Source: Takakia lepidozioides (lineage: Eukaryota > Plantae > Bryophyta). From it: 64,000 nt of DNA. Numbering within the stretch: position 1 is the first letter of the stretch; the number at the start of each line of letters is the position of its first letter. Made by a program: the position numbers and the translations under genes. The notes under the pieces are model-generated. The model made no database searches, had not been told where the DNA came from, and saw only the letters and a list, made by a program, of their open reading frames with translations. The stretch spans positions 41,912,001 through 41,976,000 of the forward strand of contig CM060731.1 of the NCBI GenBank assembly GCA_030704615.1, given 5' to 3'. Shown here piece by piece: positions 59,004 through 64,000 of the stretch.

Positions 59004-59600
59004 TATGGTCTTCTGGTTATCAACCCAGCCTCACCATAATTAGAAAAACACTGGTGGTCTGCTGGTCATCACTCGAGCCTCACCACCGACAGTATGCTCT
59101 AGGTTGACTGGTGATCAAACCCGGACCAACTTCCTATGAAAACAAGCGTTCACACAAAATTGACATGGCGCACAGTCAAGCATGCAGGTGTGGGGCAAAC
59201 ACAAGGAAATCAAAACAACAACTCTCTCGCACCAAAGTTACTCCGCGGTGTCGCTCCTTCAATGACACCCCAGCCCAGACCCGGACTGACTCTTGCCTCC
59301 ATCTACGGAAAGGTTTTGGCCTATAGAGAGGGTGAAAGACTATGAGGAAGAGAGACTAAAACAATTCCTAATCCCAGCATGCTCTCATCCCACCACTCTC
59401 CCTCATATCTCTACTCACTCACTTGCATAGCCATAGCAAATATCTTTCATCAAATATCTCTGAATCAATCCTTTAAGAGCTCTTCAACATCGTCCTCCAA
59501 AAGCTCCTCGAAGTGTCATCCAATACTCTTCCAAGTACCCCAAAGACCCTCCAAACAATCCTCCGAACTAAATATCCTCCAAATATCATTAGATTTCACT
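59004..59600 (-). mobile_element. Inverted fragment of PHD-Gypsy 5' leader
   Basis: Reverse complement of ~2860-3600 (e.g. cacacctgcatgcttgactgtgcgccatg). Confidence 0.85.
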
Positions 59601-59815
59601 ATGTCCTCTCAATGTTGATACCTTAACAGAGGTATAGTCTCAGGTTGCTAGGGTCCCTTATGTTAACCCTTAAAGGGCGAGACCTCTTTTGATGAGCCAC
59701 CCCCAAAAGTTTACATACCTGCCTATCTTGAGATCTATCTTGTTGCCCTGAATGAAAATAGTACAGAGATGGAGGGGAAGAATAGAAGCCCGCCCAAGCA
59801 AGATCTAATCATGAT

Positions 59816-60565
59816 CTATGCTATCAACTGCCAGACTTCTCTCAAAGTGCCTCGCTCTGCATGATGGTAAGGTGTAGGAGGTATATCTATGTCCAGAAAC
59901 CTGCCACTAACCTTGTCCCAAGCTACAGTAGCTCGCTCTAACCAACCCTCCTCCTCTTTCTGCCAGGTAGAGACAAAGCAACACTCTGCTATCTCCCGCT
60001 CACTGAACACTAAAGAAAACAAAGGTAGGGTCTGATAGTCTCTCAACTCGAAAGCTTTGAGACGGTTGCGGGTGTCCTCATTGCGAATGACTGCATCTCC
60101 TTCAAACAGAACAAACTTGTCCTCGCTAATGAACCCCCGCTCGTGGTTGCCTTGTGCAGAGCGTGTCCGGCTGCAATGCTGTCTGATTGCACAAACTTGT
60201 GTAGCTCCTGCTCATCTACTTCAATACACCACGGCCTTGTGGCTGAACACCTTGGTCCCCGAGGCTGTCTTTGGCTGTGTTCCAAGCCTAGCTTTCACCC
60301 ACTTTGGTATTTCACCTACAGCTGCAGAACTGCTGGCTCCAACAGAGTTCTGGCTGTCCAAAGCAATATTGAAACCCTCAACGCCAACTACAGCAGTTTG
60401 TTGTCCACTGCTAATGCCTGACTCCCAGTAGGTAATCAACTCGTCCAACTGTTCTCCACTCAAATCAGTCTGAGTTCCTTGGGAAACATAAATCCTGTCC
60501 CCTTGTGTGCACAGGCTAAGAGAAGAGACCTGCCCTTCAATTACGTCCTCATTTCCCCCAGCCAT
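59816..60565 (-). pseudogene. Degenerate orphan ORF of unknown function
   Basis: ORFs 60221-60565 and 59816-60046 share a frame and are separated by two stops. TATATAAG lies ~30 nt upstream of the ATG. No family recognised. Confidence 0.3.
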
Positions 60566-60820
60566 ACAAGGAGTACATCCACAGATTTGTCTCTTATATA
60601 GACCAGCACAGGTTCTAGAAACAAGATTGTGGATCTTTCATGGCACACTCACACTCTAAAAATTCCATAGATTTTTAGCAGAGTCCCAAAAACTAAAACC
60701 AGGTCTAGATAGGTAGATATCCCCTTTCTACAGCTATCCCCCCAAAAACTGAGTCAAACGGAGCTCATTTGACAAAGATATGACCAACCATGCTCTTTAA
60801 CCTAACACATTTTTCTTTTC

Positions 60821-60875
60821 CCCCCCCCCCCCCCCCCCCCTTTTTTTTTTAATAAGACAACAAATACAAAGAAAA

Positions 60876-60921
<46 letters not shown>
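60821..60921. repeat. poly-C, poly-T and (TA)n tracts
   Basis: C-run of ~20, T10, then ~22 TA units. Confidence 0.95.
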
Positions 60922-60924
<3 letters not shown>

Positions 60925-61453
60925 CTTGGTTCCTGTTCCCTGGTTATCTACGGGTTCTCGAGGCTGTTCCCCTCTAGGTCTATGCAAAATCAAGCTGGTG
61001 CCGACAACGCTCAAGTACTGAGGCACTCAGGATTGAAGATCCAAAGTGCTTCTATCTCATCTCACCAACAGCCGACTCTACTGCCTGCAGCAGCTCTCAC
61101 ACCAGCAGGGCTTGTACCCGTAGGCCCTTGTCTCAAGCGATTCTCCAGCACCATCAATAGCGACGAAGGCAGCTCGTACTCCGAACCACCGAATCCTCGA
61201 AGGCACCAGCTCTCAGCCCCCACTGCAATTGTGGATGGGCTACCAGGTGCTCCAACAGCATGCGCTGGACATGGAACCAGCTTCAAACGTCCAATTCCAA
61301 GCCTCGTTAAAGGGTCCAAAGCGCCTCGTTTATCTACAATAAAGGTGCACACCCTTTTGCAACCCTCAACGCAGCAGTGACCTGCTCCCTTCCACTGGCC
61401 ATCAGTATTTCTTTCTCACCTTCTGCAAGCTGGGGTGCGAGCTGGGGGGCAAG

Positions 61454-61718
61454 CTGTTGTCAGACTCCTTTACCTATTCAGAGCTCTTCAATGGCGTCCT
61501 TTGGGAGGTTGAGGGCAAGTGGGTGGTGCAGGGTGCACTTGATGTGGACAGTTTGATTGGAGCAAACCCTTTGGCAGAAGGTGGAGAGGATGAGAGTGCC
61601 GATGACCAAGCAACCAAAGTTGTTGACATTATCGACACCTTCAGATTGCAGGAGCAACCAGCATACAACAAAAAAAGGTTTTGTGGCTTACATTAAAAAC
61701 TTCATCAAGCAAACTCTA
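61454..61718 (+). pseudogene. TCTP: Processed (intronless) TCTP fragment
   Basis: [27 protein letters not shown]...[32 protein letters not shown]...[10 protein letters not shown]. No start codon, and a frameshift in an A-run. Confidence 0.88.
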
Positions 61719-62474
61719 TCCCAATGCCCAGTTGAGCTGCCAGTCTCGCATTCACTTTCCCCACCAAGGCAGCTGCAGTACACTGACTTTCTTAGCTCCC
61801 TCCATGACAGCCTCCCGCATTTGGGCAAGTTCAGCTTCACGGGCCTCCCAGCGACTTAGCAGCTGCTTCAGGTCATGGTCCTAGCTAGCGCATGTTGGGC
61901 TGCAACCAGCTGCAGGTCCTTATCATATAGAAACCCCTTCACTGCTCTCTTTCCATCCCCTGACGCCATGCTCCATCCTCCAGCCACTTCACTTGTTTCA
62001 GGCACCCAGGTCCCTATGGACAGGTCACATGCTCCTGTGCCAGCCAGAACAGTGACATTCGACCTCTCATTCGACCCCTTCGTCTTCAGGGACAAGCTGG
62101 TAGCTTCCTTGATGTCATCAGTTTCCTGGATACTTAAACGGCATTCTGGTTGCCACCTCTGATTGAGGCAGTAGTGGTGACGAGAGGAGAAGGGAACACA
62201 GGGAAGAGCAAGAAAAAATAAGGGCGGAGAACTGCTCATGTCAAAAGGTCAAAGCCAAAGAGGTTGAAACATTGTGCGAAGGGGGACTGCAGCTGGATGC
62301 TCTGGAACCCATCGCCAGCACTCTTTGCGAGGAGTCCATCCATCACCATCCTCAAGAAGATCAACCTGGGCCACTCGAGAGTAGCAGAATATCCCAGCCC
62401 AAAACCCCGGACTGACTGGCCTCCACCAAGAGAGGCTTTGGCAACTACAAGTACAGGATCAACATTGCAGCTGG

Positions 62475-64000
62475 ATTTTGGTGTGGGGGTGTTGATGTTT
62501 TGATTTCTTGTGTTTGGATCCCCCCCAACACCTGCATGCTTGACTGTGCGCCATGTTGGTTTTGTGTGGGCGCTTGCTTTCATAGGGATTAGGCCGGATT
62601 TGATCACCGGTCAATCCTAGAGTATGCTGTCGGTGGTGAGGTTGGAGTGATGACCAGCAAGACCACCAGTGTTTCTTCTATGGTGAGACTGGGTTGATGA
62701 CCAGCCAACCATAGGAGTTCTTGCGGTGGATGCAGGTGTAGGTGCCCTAAGCCACTGGGATATGACCCTTAAATTGCAACAGATGTCTACCCGTGTCACT
62801 ATTAGAATTAGTAATAGAGCCTTAGGTACACATTGTGAGTGTCATCACGGAGTTACCCAGGGGTTCTGAGGGGAGTACAGCTACAGGCAGTAGCAGTGAG
62901 AGTGGGTTCACCAGACGAGGTGTTCGTTTCACACCACCTTCACCTCCACCCTCAACTAGTGCAGAGTCAGACACAGATTCGGAGGCTTCATCAACAGGTG
63001 TGCAGTTTCATTCGCCATTGTTGTGGGACGACATGGAGGAGATGTATGGAGCTACCAAGGGGCCTTTGTAGGTACTCTGGAGCACAATCGAGTTGGATGA
63101 CTTTATCTAGGAGTTCGACAGCTGGTGTGATTGGCAGTAGATGCGCAATCCACAGCTATTCATCCCATTCATGGCGTGGAAGGGACTGTTCCAGCATTTG
63201 GAAGGCCCGCCTATGGACGATTACCACGAGTTCAGGCGAGGACATGAAGCAGAGATTGAGGAGTGGAGGATGTATTGGTCACCTGACTACGTCTCCATTA
63301 CTCAAGGCACGACGCGACCAGTAGCTGCATCAGTACCAATATCTCCCACTGCCAGCACTAGTAGTGGAGCAAGTAGTGCTGGTACTTCTTCAGGTGGTAC
63401 CAGTTCAAAAGGTGCTACTACTCCTCCTGCCACGACTACAACACATGTGCCTAGATTCAACCCGGTGGTGGAATTCTTCCAGGAGTTGCGGAGGAACTAC
63501 CAAGGTGTACGGACAGAGAAGCTGCGAAGTTTGCAAGACTTCCAGCGCAAACCCAGTGAGAGCCTGCGAGAGGCGTACACTCGTATGAGGCGCTTGATAA
63601 GTGTGACCCAAGGGGTTACTGAAGCTCAGGCAATCCAGTTTTGGTATGGAATTCTGGACAAGGAGCTCAAGAGAAGGGTGCGAGATGCAACCCTGTTACA
63701 AGCAGCCCAACCACATTAGCAGATGTGTTTGTGCTGGCTGAGCGGATTGAGCTCAACATGGTGGAGGAACGAGTTGTTACCATTGGATTTGGCAAGGACA
63801 TGCCTGCACGAGGCGCAGCTACCAGCCCACAGGCACAAGGTACTACCCCAACAGCGTGGTCAGGGGGCAAGGTTGCCCAGCCCAAGTTCCATGGAGCTTA
63901 CAGGGGACCTCAGGTGCAGAGGCCCGTGGCATCTTTTGCAGGCCAACAGCAACCAGGGGTGATATGTTGGACATGTGGAGGACCCCATGTCAAAAGAGAT
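62475..64000 (+). mobile_element. Second, diverged copy of the PHD-Gypsy family (leader and gag with stops); runs off the window
   Basis: Leader matches 3410-3625. gag contains MRNPQLFIPFMAWKGLFQHLEGPPMDDY and FQRKPSESLREAY; knuckle CWTCGGPHVKRD at the end. Confidence 0.88.

Noticed and set aside
59663-59680. piggyBac-like TTAA-CCCT terminus
   Set aside because: No matching AGGG-TTAA end or transposase was found nearby.

Overview
This is eukaryotic plant nuclear DNA, most likely from a non-seed land plant (moss/lycophyte-like). That assignment is inferred from GCAG-rich acceptors, a long intronless PLS-DYW PPR gene, and Galadriel-, PHD-Gypsy- and CRE-type retroelements. Apparently intact genes: a 5-exon S9B dipeptidyl peptidase (26319-32118 +), tRNA-Arg(UCU) (32563-32635 -), a ZCF37/At5g23160-like membrane protein (34953-36992 -) and a PLS-DYW RNA-editing factor (41337-44489 +). 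The rest is mostly transposon-derived: nested Ty3/Gypsy elements, L1 and CRE LINEs, hAT and CACTA non-autonomous elements, a tRNA-derived SINE-like element, a ~117-bp hairpin satellite, and pseudogenes of PPR, pseudouridine synthase and TCTP. The most striking structure is the outer Gypsy element (933-16414), which splits a PPR gene. It has a DDE integrase ending in a PHD finger and a self-priming PBS. Instead of two ordinary LTRs it has split direct repeats, A1...B1-A2-B2. This is the layout expected if a 2-LTR circle was opened and integrated at an internal palindrome (GACA^GCTGTC). All domain and lineage calls are by-eye motif recognition; no database searches were run.
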